Origin: Flavobacteriales bacterium
GTDB taxonomy: Bacteria; Bacteroidota; Bacteroidia; Flavobacteriales_D; CALLUQ01
Reading direction: 5' to 3'
DNA: 64,000 nt
NCBI GenBank assembly: GCA_963669295.1
Contig: OY769938.1
Location: 338,792 to 402,791 of the forward strand
The notes beneath the pieces were generated by a model. That model was not told the origin of the DNA. It saw nothing but the letters and a program-made list of their open reading frames with translations, and did not search any database. This document shows, one piece after another, positions 48,770-57,327 of the stretch. A program made the position numbers and the translations under genes. Every line of letters begins with the position of its first letter. Within the stretch, counting starts at the first letter, position 1.

Positions 48770-49438
48770 ATGATGAGTCATATTGTAGCTCCCTCTATTC
48801 TGGCAGCAGATTTTGCCAATCTCGAACGCGACGTTAAAATGGTGAATAAAAGTGAAGCCCAATGGTTTCACATCGATGTGATGGATGGTGTATTTGTACC
48901 CAACATCTCTTTCGGCATGCCTGTGATTAAAGCCATTAAAAAACATGCCACCAAACCGTTGGATGTGCATTTAATGATTGTTGATCCTGACCGATACATC
49001 AGTACTTTTAAAAGTGTTGGAGCCGATGTGCTTACAGTACATTATGAAGCATGTACTCATTTGCACCGCACACTACACGCCATCAAAGAAGAAGGCATGA
49101 TGGCCGGAGTTGCCTTGAACCCACATACTTCTGTTGCCTTGTTGGAAGATACCATTAAAGACATTGACCTGGTATGTGTCATGTCGGTGAATCCCGGTTT
49201 TGGAGGGCAAAAGTTCATTGAAAACACCTACAATAAGGTAAAGCAATTGCGTACACTTATTGAAGCTAAAGGCGCCACTACAAAAATTGAGATTGATGGT
49301 GGCGTATCTACCGCCAACGCAAAACAATTGTTAGATGCTGGGGCTGATGTACTGGTAGCTGGTAGTTTTGTGTTTAAGTCGGGAAATCCTACACAAACCA
49401 TTACTGACTTAAGGAATTGTAATTCGGTAAACGCTTAA
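48770..49438 (+). CDS. rpe: Ribulose-phosphate 3-epimerase
   Basis: Motifs PSILAADF, HIDVMDGVFVPN and MSVNPGFGGQKF. Confidence 0.9.
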   Translation: MMSHIVAPSILAADFANLERDVKMVNKSEAQWFHIDVMDGVFVPNISFGMPVIKAIKKHATKPLDVHLMIVDPDRYISTFKSVGADVLTVHYEACTHLHRTLHAIKEEGMMAGVALNPHTSVALLEDTIKDIDLVCVMSVNPGFGGQKFIENTYNKVKQLRTLIEAKGATTKIEIDGGVSTANAKQLLDAGADVLVAGSFVFKSGNPTQTITDLRNCNSVNA

Positions 49439-49443
49439 GGAAA

Positions 49444-50673
49444 TTATTCTACTTCAATGCCTTTTACGTAATCGGCAAGGTATTCGAATCCTGGTGTTAA
49501 TGTCCCATCTCTTGTAATGGTAGCTCTGCTGATGATGCCATTATCATCGTTCCCAACAAGGCTTTCTATTACATTACGAATCAACTCATTTCCAAAATCT
49601 TCAGAAGCATCTTTTGGCAATTCGCATGGCAGGTTATCGATGGCCATTACACCAACGGCATGTTCAGCGTTAAAATCGGTTTCCTGCTCGGTAACAGGAT
49701 CATAGCCGTATAAAGGGTCTGCAACGGTTGACGGACGTAAGGTAGTGGCTACCGGCCCATCAATGTCAGCGCTGATGTCTCCTACTACTTTAATGTTCCA
49801 ATCGCTTGATTTAACATCGTTGCGGGTGAAGATAAACGGTGAACGGGAGTCCCAATAGTGGCAAGCAATGTAAACATCAGCCACTTTCGCATAACCGGGA
49901 AACGTTGAATGAAAGTTAGCAGGATCGTTGTAGAAGTCGCGACGCTCAAACGGTGCTCCATCGTTACGCGCATTGTAATGCGTTACATTGAGTTGAGTGT
50001 ATACCGGTTCATCAAATGTTTCGTTAAGAAATGCTTCGGGCGTTACTTCTTTCAGTCCAATTCTTTCAACAATTTCCAACGCTCCTTTACCTACCCTACC
50101 CAAGCCTGTTAGCACTACTTTAAAGTGGTTAGGTAACGCTACCTTATCCAACTCCTTTTCCATCTCGGCACGGTCGGCACATTGGTGCGCTGCTTTCAAA
50201 TCGTAGGCACCTGTTTTCTTGCCATAAGCTAAAAAACTATTGTAACATCCAACAATACCAGCATATCGTCCAAAGCCGATCAACCGCTTTCCATTGGTAT
50301 CAGTAATTACCTCGTAGTCTACCAACTGAATATGCTGCTCCAGAATTCTTTGCAACAACTCTCTGTTATAGGGCTGCTTTTTTATGGTATGCGAGAAAAA
50401 CAGGTAGGTTTTATTAGGGATAAGCTTATCGGTCGGTACTTCCTTCACTCCCATGAGCACATCACAATTGCTCATATCGTCCAGTACCGAAATACCCATT
50501 GCTGCATATTCTTCATCGGCATAGGCACGCACATCGCTTTTTTGTACGCACACTTCCAGGTCAGGGTATTGAAGCATCAATTCCTTGCATTGGGATGGCG
50601 TAAGCGGCACACGCTTATCTGGCGGTACTTTCCCTTCCTTTATTAATCCGATTCTAATCTTGCTCATTCGCAT
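49444..50673 (-). CDS. Saccharopine dehydrogenase (L-lysine-forming) / lysine-ketoglutarate-reductase-like enzyme, AlaDH/PNT fold
   Basis: Motifs KTYLFFSHTIKKQPYN, LVDYE, GLGRVGKGA (NAD site), GDISADIDGP and AIDNLPCELP. These parallel the LKR domain of eukaryotic AASS as I remember it. Confidence 0.65.
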   Translation of the reverse strand: MRMSKIRIGLIKEGKVPPDKRVPLTPSQCKELMLQYPDLEVCVQKSDVRAYADEEYAAMGISVLDDMSNCDVLMGVKEVPTDKLIPNKTYLFFSHTIKKQPYNRELLQRILEQHIQLVDYEVITDTNGKRLIGFGRYAGIVGCYNSFLAYGKKTGAYDLKAAHQCADRAEMEKELDKVALPNHFKVVLTGLGRVGKGALEIVERIGLKEVTPEAFLNETFDEPVYTQLNVTHYNARNDGAPFERRDFYNDPANFHSTFPGYAKVADVYIACHYWDSRSPFIFTRNDVKSSDWNIKVVGDISADIDGPVATTLRPSTVADPLYGYDPVTEQETDFNAEHAVGVMAIDNLPCELPKDASEDFGNELIRNVIESLVGNDDNGIISRATITRDGTLTPGFEYLADYVKGIEVE

Positions 50674-50720
50674 TAATTAGCGAGCAAATGTAAGAAATTG
50701 CGTGTGGAAATAAAACACGT

Positions 50721-50754
50721 TTGTCGACAGTTATTTAAATATTGTCTAACTTTG
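50721..50754 (+). promoter_or_regulatory. Candidate Bacteroidota-type promoter for tmRNA (TTG ... TAACTTTG)
   Basis: A TAnnTTTG -7 box sits at 50747-50754 and a TTG at 50721-50723. The mature tmRNA 5' end is 24 nt downstream of the box, consistent with a short RNase P-processed leader. Confidence 0.4.
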
Positions 50755-50777
50755 TTTTCGTTCTTTTCTCAAGATAT

Positions 50778-51179
50778 GGGGCCGACATGGTTTTGACAGC
50801 AAGAGTGATTGTTTTGTAAGCATGTCGAGCGTTGTGATTTTAGCTCGTTAATCTCAGTTCACAAGCCTTTAATTGGCGACAATAACTACGCACTCGCAGC
50901 TTAATATTCAACACAGTTGTGCAAGCTTAATCTTAGCGTGAATAACAGTAACGCAAGACGAGTACCCAGGCAGAGGCAAGTCCTTCGGTTCTGTCGTTAA
51001 GGGTATCGTTAGTAGGGACTAGTTCGGTTAGCGGCCTGATGGCCGAGCGAAATTTAAAGGTCTAAGTCGAGGATAGGTGGTTGCTGACCGGCCCTCGATC
51101 GAAAATTAATCAGCAGCTAAGCATGTAGAAAGCTCAGCATTCCCTTGTTTGGACGAGGGTTCGAATCCCTCCGGCTCCA
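50778..51179 (+). ncRNA. ssrA: tmRNA (SsrA)
   Basis: The 5' ggggccg pairs with the 3' cggctcc to give an acceptor stem with a G3:U70 alanine identity pair. The T-arm ggttcgaatccc is present. The tag ORF ggc gac aat aac tac gca ctc gca gct taa (50875-50904) encodes GDNNYALAA. The terminal CCA is not encoded. Confidence 0.9.
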
Positions 51180-51183
51180 CAAA

Positions 51184-51218
51184 CACCCCCCTATACGCTT
51201 AAAGCGTATAGGGGGGTG
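51184..51218 (+). terminator. Terminator hairpin immediately after tmRNA
   Basis: Near-perfect inverted repeat cacccccctatacgc / gcgtataggggggtg followed by taatttt. Confidence 0.7.
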
Positions 51219-51380
51219 TAATTTTGAACACAAGTGGAGCTAAGCTCCAGTGAGTGTACAAAACTACAAAGACTACTGGAGAAACGACAGTAGGGATTTG
51301 TTTGTGTTTCCCATCAAAGAAAGCTTTAAGGGATTACTTCGTTTCACTCCGGATTGCTCACCCGACTGCTCTACGAATGA

Positions 51381-51418
51381 ATAAGCAAACTACTAAATTG
51401 CATTTATACAATCGTTAG
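51381..51418. repeat. 38-bp direct repeat, left copy
   Basis: ataagcaaactactaaattgcatttatacaatcgttag matches 52404-52441 at 34 of 38 positions (hand-aligned). It overlaps the stop codon of the DMT gene. Confidence 0.6.
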
Positions 51419-51747
51419 AGCACTACAAGCACCACACTGATGGCCATTAAAATAAAACCAAACACTTTACGAGAACTCAACTTCTCGCCCAGGAACACCT
51501 TTGAAACAAGTGCAACACAAATTACTCCCGTAGATAAGTTAATGGCTGCCATCTCACTTGGCTGGTAAGTTCCAATTCCCCAGCGAATTGCTGAAACATT
51601 GAGCAGATACTCGGGAAGCACCAATAACCAGCTAAATATAAGTGCCACCAGGAAGCTTTTATTTCTGTATTTCACATGACCAATCCAGGCAAAAGCCATC
51701 AGGATACTTGAAGCAAAAAGCATGAGGGGAACCAGGTATATTTCCAT
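51415..51747 (-). CDS. Small DMT-superfamily membrane protein (DUF486-like), copy 1
   Basis: 110 aa with 4 predicted TM segments. Motifs AFAWIGHVKY, LPEYLLNVSAIRWG and FLGEKLS fit my memory of the DUF486 family. Confidence 0.65.
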   Translation of the reverse strand: MEIYLVPLMLFASSILMAFAWIGHVKYRNKSFLVALIFSWLLVLPEYLLNVSAIRWGIGTYQPSEMAAINLSTGVICVALVSKVFLGEKLSSRKVFGFILMAISVVLVVL

Positions 51748-51749
51748 AG

Positions 51750-52139
51750 CTACAGCTCCTTTTGATTTTTAGTTTCAACAGGTTTAGATTCTGAAATTAA
51801 AATCATCGAAATAATCATCAATCCAAAACCAATGTACTTTTGAGTGGTTAATTCTTCGCCTAAAACGAAATGCGAAACTAGCGTAATGAAAACAATACCT
51901 GACGAAAGGTTCATTGCTGCCATTTCACTGGGCTGATAAACACCAACACCCCACCGTATTGCTGAAACATTAAGAATGTATTCAGGAAGAACAAGTAGCC
52001 AGGCAAAGAGCGCTGCCATCAAAAAGCTTAAGTCCTCTTTGTATTTTAAGTGTCCAAGCCATGCCAATGCCATTATGGCACTAGAAAGAATTAACATTGT
52101 GGGTATTAAAAAAAATCTAAGCCTGTTTTTTTTACTCAT
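51750..52139 (-). CDS. Small DMT-superfamily membrane protein (DUF486-like), copy 2
   Basis: 129 aa, a paralog of the adjacent gene (ALAWLGHLKY, LPEYILNVSAIRWG, VLGEELT). The two genes are 2 nt apart. It has an extra polar C-terminal tail. Confidence 0.65.
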   Translation of the reverse strand: MSKKNRLRFFLIPTMLILSSAIMALAWLGHLKYKEDLSFLMAALFAWLLVLPEYILNVSAIRWGVGVYQPSEMAAMNLSSGIVFITLVSHFVLGEELTTQKYIGFGLMIISMILISESKPVETKNQKEL

Positions 52140-52403
52140 ATTAGAATTATTTAATCTTGCTCCAATTCAACTGTCCGTCAAACATAAGTGATTTTATTTA
52201 TACATGGGGTTGAAAATTTCAGTACAAACAGCAATGTACAGCATTGAACGTACGAGTTTTATGTTTACTAAACATTCGGAAATTGCCCCAGATAATTTCC
52301 GAATGCATTGCCCCTCTCAATTTCTTTCCAACATCACCAATTACCTTACTAAACATGCGATATAATGAGGAATAGTTTTTATCCTCTTTTCTAAAAGTAC
52401 ATC

Positions 52404-52441
52404 ATAAGCAAATTGCTAAATTGCGTTTATACAATAGTTAG
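52404..52441. repeat. 38-bp direct repeat, right copy
   Basis: ataagcaaattgctaaattgcgtttatacaatagttag lies 22 bp upstream of the DinB-family gene start. Confidence 0.6.
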
Positions 52442-52463
52442 CATCAAGAAAAAAGTATAAAAA

Positions 52464-52997
52464 TTGGAAAAACCCGAGATAAAAAAGAATCCTGAGTTTT
52501 TAGAATATGTATATAAGCTCACTGAGGGTACTGAACTCGCAGAGGCGCTTCAACTAAGTTTAAAAGAAATCAATGGCATTGACATCGCTCAATTGAATAG
52601 CATTGGTTTGAAAACTTATGAAAAAGATAAATGGACAATTCATCAAATATTACAGCATCTTATTGATTGGGAAAGAATTTGGTGTTTTAGGGCTATAATT
52701 TTTGCTCGTGGAGAAGGTACCATTCCCGATGCACATGACCAGGAAAAAATGGGTAAAAATTCAAATGCCAATGAACTGTCGATTGAGCAATTGGTAAATG
52801 AACTTCGAATTGTACGCCAATCAACACTAATGATGTTTGAATCTTTCAATAAGAAAATACTTGAAACCAATTGTAAATTTTTTGAATACGAAATGCCTCT
52901 TTTTGCAATTGGGCTTACTATTGCTGCCCATCAAATACATCATTTCAACATTATAAAGGAGCAATACATCCCTTTGGATAAGGAAGTTAAACCTTAA
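52464..52997 (+). CDS. DinB-family (four-helix-bundle metal-binding) protein
   Basis: TTG start and 177 aa. Histidine triad context ILQHLIDWE ... and AAHQIHHFNI, typical of DinB_2-like proteins. Confidence 0.65.
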   Translation: MEKPEIKKNPEFLEYVYKLTEGTELAEALQLSLKEINGIDIAQLNSIGLKTYEKDKWTIHQILQHLIDWERIWCFRAIIFARGEGTIPDAHDQEKMGKNSNANELSIEQLVNELRIVRQSTLMMFESFNKKILETNCKFFEYEMPLFAIGLTIAAHQIHHFNIIKEQYIPLDKEVKP

Positions 52998-53224
52998 GCC
53001 CTGTTGCTTATAAGGTGTATAGCGCATATCCTTAAGGTTAAAAGATGTTAGCTCCCCCGACTGGTATGACAAGCTGATACAACGCTATTTTAACTTTACT
53101 TCTAGAATTTGGATAACACCAACAAATACTGTATCATACCATAATTGACAAAACGTGAAAACGGAGTTACAAAATGTATATCCTCAACTTTATAAATTGG
53201 TTTATAACCTAACCACTAAGAAAT

Positions 53225-53992
53225 ATGGCAAATAAATACGTAGACTTTATAGCAGATGAGCACTTGTTAAATTGTATCAAAAATCTTCATGACTCTTACG
53301 CGAAGGCAAAAGCAAACGTGAGTAAAAAGAAGTTTTACAAAAATAAAATCGACACTTTCAAATTGACATTTGACTCACAGTTTAACAACCTAAGTGAAAA
53401 AAATGTTATCGAAGCCGAAATTTTACGTCAAATAGATAAGTCGATAAACAATTCAATTGGTACTTTCCACGAACAAGTATTAGGTGGTATTAAAGGATAC
53501 GAAAGGGGCAACTTGAGTGGTTATGATATAAAAGCCATTGATAATACACTTTTTGCAGACATCAAAAACAAGCACAACACTATGAACAGTAGTGCTGCTG
53601 AAAGCCTTTTTCAAAAATTAGCAAATTATGCCGATACCTATAAAAAAGCCAAATGCTATTGGGTTCAAATTTTAGCTAAAAGCAGCTTCAATGAAAAGTG
53701 GTTTGGAGAGATAAATGGCAAAGAATATAGTCACAGTCGAGTTTATAAAATTTCAGGCGACCAGTTCTATTATTTATTAACAGGAAAGGAAACAGCCTTT
53801 TTTGAATTGTACCAAGTCTTACCAAAAGCAATTAAAGATTTCTTAGGTGAAAATGAACAAGAAAGGAAAAAGACTGCTGAAAATTCAGCACTTTCTGAAA
53901 TAGAATCGCAAACTGTAGGTAGCAGTCGCTCAATTTTCAATGAAATAACATTTGAAAATTACAATTACTACCTAGGATTCGACAAGTTATAA
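53225..53992 (+). CDS. Candidate type II restriction endonuclease (PD-(D/E)XK-like)
   Basis: 255 aa and A+T-rich. It is convergent with, and overlaps by 25 nt, a cytosine-5 methyltransferase gene. A plausible catalytic motif is GYD-x13-ADIKNK. It resembles my memory of Eco47II/Sau96I-type enzymes, but that is unverified. Confidence 0.55.
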   Translation: MANKYVDFIADEHLLNCIKNLHDSYAKAKANVSKKKFYKNKIDTFKLTFDSQFNNLSEKNVIEAEILRQIDKSINNSIGTFHEQVLGGIKGYERGNLSGYDIKAIDNTLFADIKNKHNTMNSSAAESLFQKLANYADTYKKAKCYWVQILAKSSFNEKWFGEINGKEYSHSRVYKISGDQFYYLLTGKETAFFELYQVLPKAIKDFLGENEQERKKTAENSALSEIESQTVGSSRSIFNEITFENYNYYLGFDKL

Positions 53993-55206
53993 TATTCGTT
54001 TAGAAACTTTATAATCGAAAAACCAACTTCCTCGCCAAGGTTAACAGGAACAGCATTGCCAATTTGTTTGTATTGCTGAGCTGTTGAGCCTGCAAACTCC
54101 CAGTTATCAGGAAAAGTTTGAATTCGTGCATATTCACGAACAGTAAATGGCCTTGTTTCGTCAGGATGGCACCTCTCTGTTTGCTTTTGAGCAGGACTAC
54201 ATGTTAGCGTTAATGACGGCTCATCCCAACCTATCCTGCGAGCCATTCCAGTTTTACCACCACCAAGGTAAAAGCTTCCACCCATATATTCTTTTTGAAC
54301 TTCAACAGGCAAGTCTCGCCAGTATCCTTTTGGCGGTACCATATCTAAAACTTTCTTCTTGTACTCAGGGTAACTTGCTCCTTTCGACTTCGGAACATCG
54401 CAATCAAAAAGCTCCCCTTTCTTTAATGCATCTTTCAAATTGTAGATTTTCTTATGCGGCTTAGGGTATTTATAATCGACTTCAATATCTTTTCGAACAC
54501 CCACTAAAATCAGTCTTTCACGTTTTTGTGGGACTTTATATTGTACTGCCTTTAAGACTTCAACAGGAACTACCTTATAACCAATTTCATCCAAGATAGA
54601 AATCATGCCTTCAAGGGTTTTACCCTTTTCATGACTTAGTAAACCTCTAACATTTTCACCAATGCATAAGGCTGGTTGAACTTCCTTGACAACACGAGCA
54701 AACTCGTAGAATAAGGTGCCTCTTGCATCTTTTAACCCAAGTTTTTTACCTGCATAACTAAAAGCCTGGCAAGGAAATCCACCCGTCACGACATCAACTT
54801 CGCCTCTAAATTCATTAAAAGAGTAGTTCTTAACATCTCCTTCCAACACCTTCCAATTAGGCCTATTTATTCTCAACGTCTGACATGCCCATTTATCAAT
54901 TTCATTTAATGCAACACACTTTAAACCAGACTTTTCCAAGCCAACAGCTAACCCACCTGCTCCAGCAAATAATTCTAAAACTTTGTAAACATGATTGGGC
55001 TCAACATAATTGGAAATTTCATCATCAAAGTTCTCATCAAACAAAGAACCTAGAAGTGCTTGAACATCTTGTTTTCGATAAACTCTATAATTCGATACAG
55101 GCTCTCTTACAGCATTCAAAATACCCTCTTTATCCCACCTTCTTAGAGTTTCCTTACTTTTACCAACAAGTTTAGCTGTTTCTGATAATGACAAATACTC
55201 ACTCAT
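53968..55206 (-). CDS. DNA (cytosine-5)-methyltransferase with N-terminal MerR/excisionase-type HTH
   Basis: Motif I LELFAGAGGL, motif IV GGFPCQAFS, motif VI GENVRGLL, motif VIII QKRERLILVG, motif IX RPFTVREYARIQTFPD and motif X QIGNAVPV. The N-terminal ~50 aa read LSLSETAKLVGKSKETLRRWDKEG, an HTH. Confidence 0.9.
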   Translation of the reverse strand: MSEYLSLSETAKLVGKSKETLRRWDKEGILNAVREPVSNYRVYRKQDVQALLGSLFDENFDDEISNYVEPNHVYKVLELFAGAGGLAVGLEKSGLKCVALNEIDKWACQTLRINRPNWKVLEGDVKNYSFNEFRGEVDVVTGGFPCQAFSYAGKKLGLKDARGTLFYEFARVVKEVQPALCIGENVRGLLSHEKGKTLEGMISILDEIGYKVVPVEVLKAVQYKVPQKRERLILVGVRKDIEVDYKYPKPHKKIYNLKDALKKGELFDCDVPKSKGASYPEYKKKVLDMVPPKGYWRDLPVEVQKEYMGGSFYLGGGKTGMARRIGWDEPSLTLTCSPAQKQTERCHPDETRPFTVREYARIQTFPDNWEFAGSTAQQYKQIGNAVPVNLGEEVGFSIIKFLNEYYNLSNPR

Positions 55207-55207
55207 A

Positions 55208-55239
55208 TAACCAAGTTATCAAACCTTACACATTGGTTA
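55208..55239. promoter_or_regulatory. 7-bp inverted repeat just upstream of the methyltransferase start (candidate operator)
   Basis: taaccaa (55208-55214) and ttggtta (55233-55239) are separated by 18 bp, starting 2 nt from the ATG at 55206. The repeat is short, so chance is not excluded. Confidence 0.3.
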
Positions 55240-55498
55240 CAAATATAATGGAGTTTTTTCAAAGAAGGCAAGAATGGAGAACAAAAAAGTACCACCATCC
55301 AATAAAGTGTATAGCCATGACTTCCTAACGCTATACAAAGGCCTTTGACCGAACAATGTGAGGTAATCCTTTCTGTCTCCGGGTTCCTCACCTGTGGCGC
55401 AAAAGGGTGGCTACAATAAACGTCAACCATTAACTATTTACAACACCATTCGAAAAAAAGAAATACCTTTAACAGTGAAACCAACAAATCGCATTGCT

Positions 55499-57052
55499 AT
55501 GGCATCTTCAACAAATCGATCTATATACTTATTGACATTCATTTTTTCGCTTGTTAGCTCAACTCATTTATATGGTCAAAATGCTATTGATTTTGATGGC
55601 ATTGACGACCATGTTGAAGCACCAAATGCATCTGCATTAATTGCAAACAGCGATGTTTCAATGGCATTTTGGGTGTACCTTACGAACCCTGCCCCAGGGT
55701 ATCCCGACTTTGATGGAATTGTTGGATTTCGAAATGATTTCGATGCCGACTTTTATGTTTTACAATTGAGTAGTACCAGTTTGGAAGTGCGATTTCGAAA
55801 TAGTAACGGTACGGATTACACCATGGCCTACAATTCTCCCAATTTATTGAACACCTGGAATCATTTTACGGTTACCTACGACGGGAGTACGTTAAGCTTG
55901 TACCATAATGGCAGTCCGGCCAGTTCAATTTCAGCATCTGGCGTAATCACTTCAACAACCAGTTCCTTTTATATGGGCATGCTTCCCTTCAGTAACCCCA
56001 ACTTCTATCTGGATGGCAGATTGGATGATGTAGGGCTTTGGAATACAGCACTGTCTCCAACAGATGCGAACAATTTATACAATGCCTGCTCCATTGATAT
56101 CAGTGATCCCAACCTACAACTCTGCTATGAATTTAACCAGGGCATAGCTGCTGGCGACAATGTAGGAATTACGTCTGTAACAGACAGTAAAGGAAACATC
56201 AATGGCTCCATGAATAACTTTCAGCTTACCGGAACAGTATCAAACTTTATCGAACATGGAAACCCTACTGTTTTTGCATTTAGTGATACCACTGCGTGCT
56301 CCTATACCTCTCCATCCGGAAATTACACCTGGAATAGTACTGGAACCTATGTAGATACTTTGGTGAATGCTGCTGGCTGCGATAGCATTATTACCGTAGA
56401 CCTACTAGTGTTGGGAACTACTAATAGCATTACAGTAACCGAATGTGGCAGTTACGACAGTCCTAGTGGGAATTATACCTGGCATACCAGTGGTGTTTAC
56501 ACCGATACATTAGTGGCCTCTGCTGGTTGCGACTCTGTTTTAACCATCAACCTTACTATTGATACGGTTGACGTTGGGGTTTCACAATCTGGAGCAAATT
56601 TATCAGCCAATCAGTCTGGAGCAACTTACCAATGGCTTAACTGCCCTGGTATGACACCCATTAATGGTGCCACCAATCAGCTGTATACAGCTACTGCTAA
56701 TGGAGACTATGCGGTAATCGTTACCATCAATGGTTGTTCCGATACATCGAATTGCTATACGGTAAATGGTGTTGGAATTTTAGAGCATGATTTTGGCGAT
56801 GAGCTGTTGCTTTACCCCAACCCAACAAATGGTTTTTTCTCTATCGACTTAGGAAAAAAGTACCCAACCACCAGGTTAACACTTACCGACTTAAGCGGAC
56901 GATTGGTTGATTCAAAGAACTACACTGAAAGCCAGGTGTTGAATATGGAAATACAAGTGCCTGCCGGCGTTTATCTATTGCAGGTTGAATGCACAGACCC
57001 ATCTGCTTCACAGGCATACAAAAAAGCAGTAATCCGTTTGGTTAAAGAGTAG
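55499..57052 (+). CDS. LamG (concanavalin-A-like lectin) domain protein with T9SS type-A C-terminal sorting domain
   Basis: The ATG at 55499 gives signal peptide ...SSTHLYGQ. Laminin_G_3 hallmarks are AIDFDGIDDHVEAP, LSLYHNG and GRLDDVGLWNTALS. There are two C-x-SPSGNYTW-x-GxYxDTL-x-AGCDS modules. The CTD reads LLLYPNPTNGFFSI...GVYLLQV. Confidence 0.75.
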   Translation: MASSTNRSIYLLTFIFSLVSSTHLYGQNAIDFDGIDDHVEAPNASALIANSDVSMAFWVYLTNPAPGYPDFDGIVGFRNDFDADFYVLQLSSTSLEVRFRNSNGTDYTMAYNSPNLLNTWNHFTVTYDGSTLSLYHNGSPASSISASGVITSTTSSFYMGMLPFSNPNFYLDGRLDDVGLWNTALSPTDANNLYNACSIDISDPNLQLCYEFNQGIAAGDNVGITSVTDSKGNINGSMNNFQLTGTVSNFIEHGNPTVFAFSDTTACSYTSPSGNYTWNSTGTYVDTLVNAAGCDSIITVDLLVLGTTNSITVTECGSYDSPSGNYTWHTSGVYTDTLVASAGCDSVLTINLTIDTVDVGVSQSGANLSANQSGATYQWLNCPGMTPINGATNQLYTATANGDYAVIVTINGCSDTSNCYTVNGVGILEHDFGDELLLYPNPTNGFFSIDLGKKYPTTRLTLTDLSGRLVDSKNYTESQVLNMEIQVPAGVYLLQVECTDPSASQAYKKAVIRLVKE

Positions 57053-57327
57053 CGGTTATCGATAAACATTCCAATCTATACTCATTTTGAAATGAGTGTC
57101 TGATAACAATACAGTTAATTGGAAATCCTGTGCAATACTTAACTTGTACCCCTCTGCTTTTTACCAAAAAAACACGATTCGTTTTTTTCATGGGCACTAC
57201 CCAACCTTTTCAATACTTTTCTCATCTACTTATATAGCTAGTGTTTTGCAATACTGTCGGTAAGTCATTTCATTACGGTTATTGACAAAACAAGTAAAAT
57301 AGATTGAGTACTATAAAAACGAAAAAA

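Noticed and set aside
51180-55400. Classical tmRNA-integrated genomic island
   Set aside because: I could find no integrase or recombinase gene and no duplicated copy of the tmRNA 3' end (ggttcgaatccctccggctcca). Only the weaker observations are retained as findings: the 38-bp repeats around the DMT pair and the A+T-rich R-M pair.
57160-57200. A/T-only hairpin aaaaaaac-N7-gttttttt after the LamG gene as a terminator
   Set aside because: The stem is almost entirely A-U, so stability is low. It lies ~110 bp from the stop codon. The evidence is not convincing enough to annotate.
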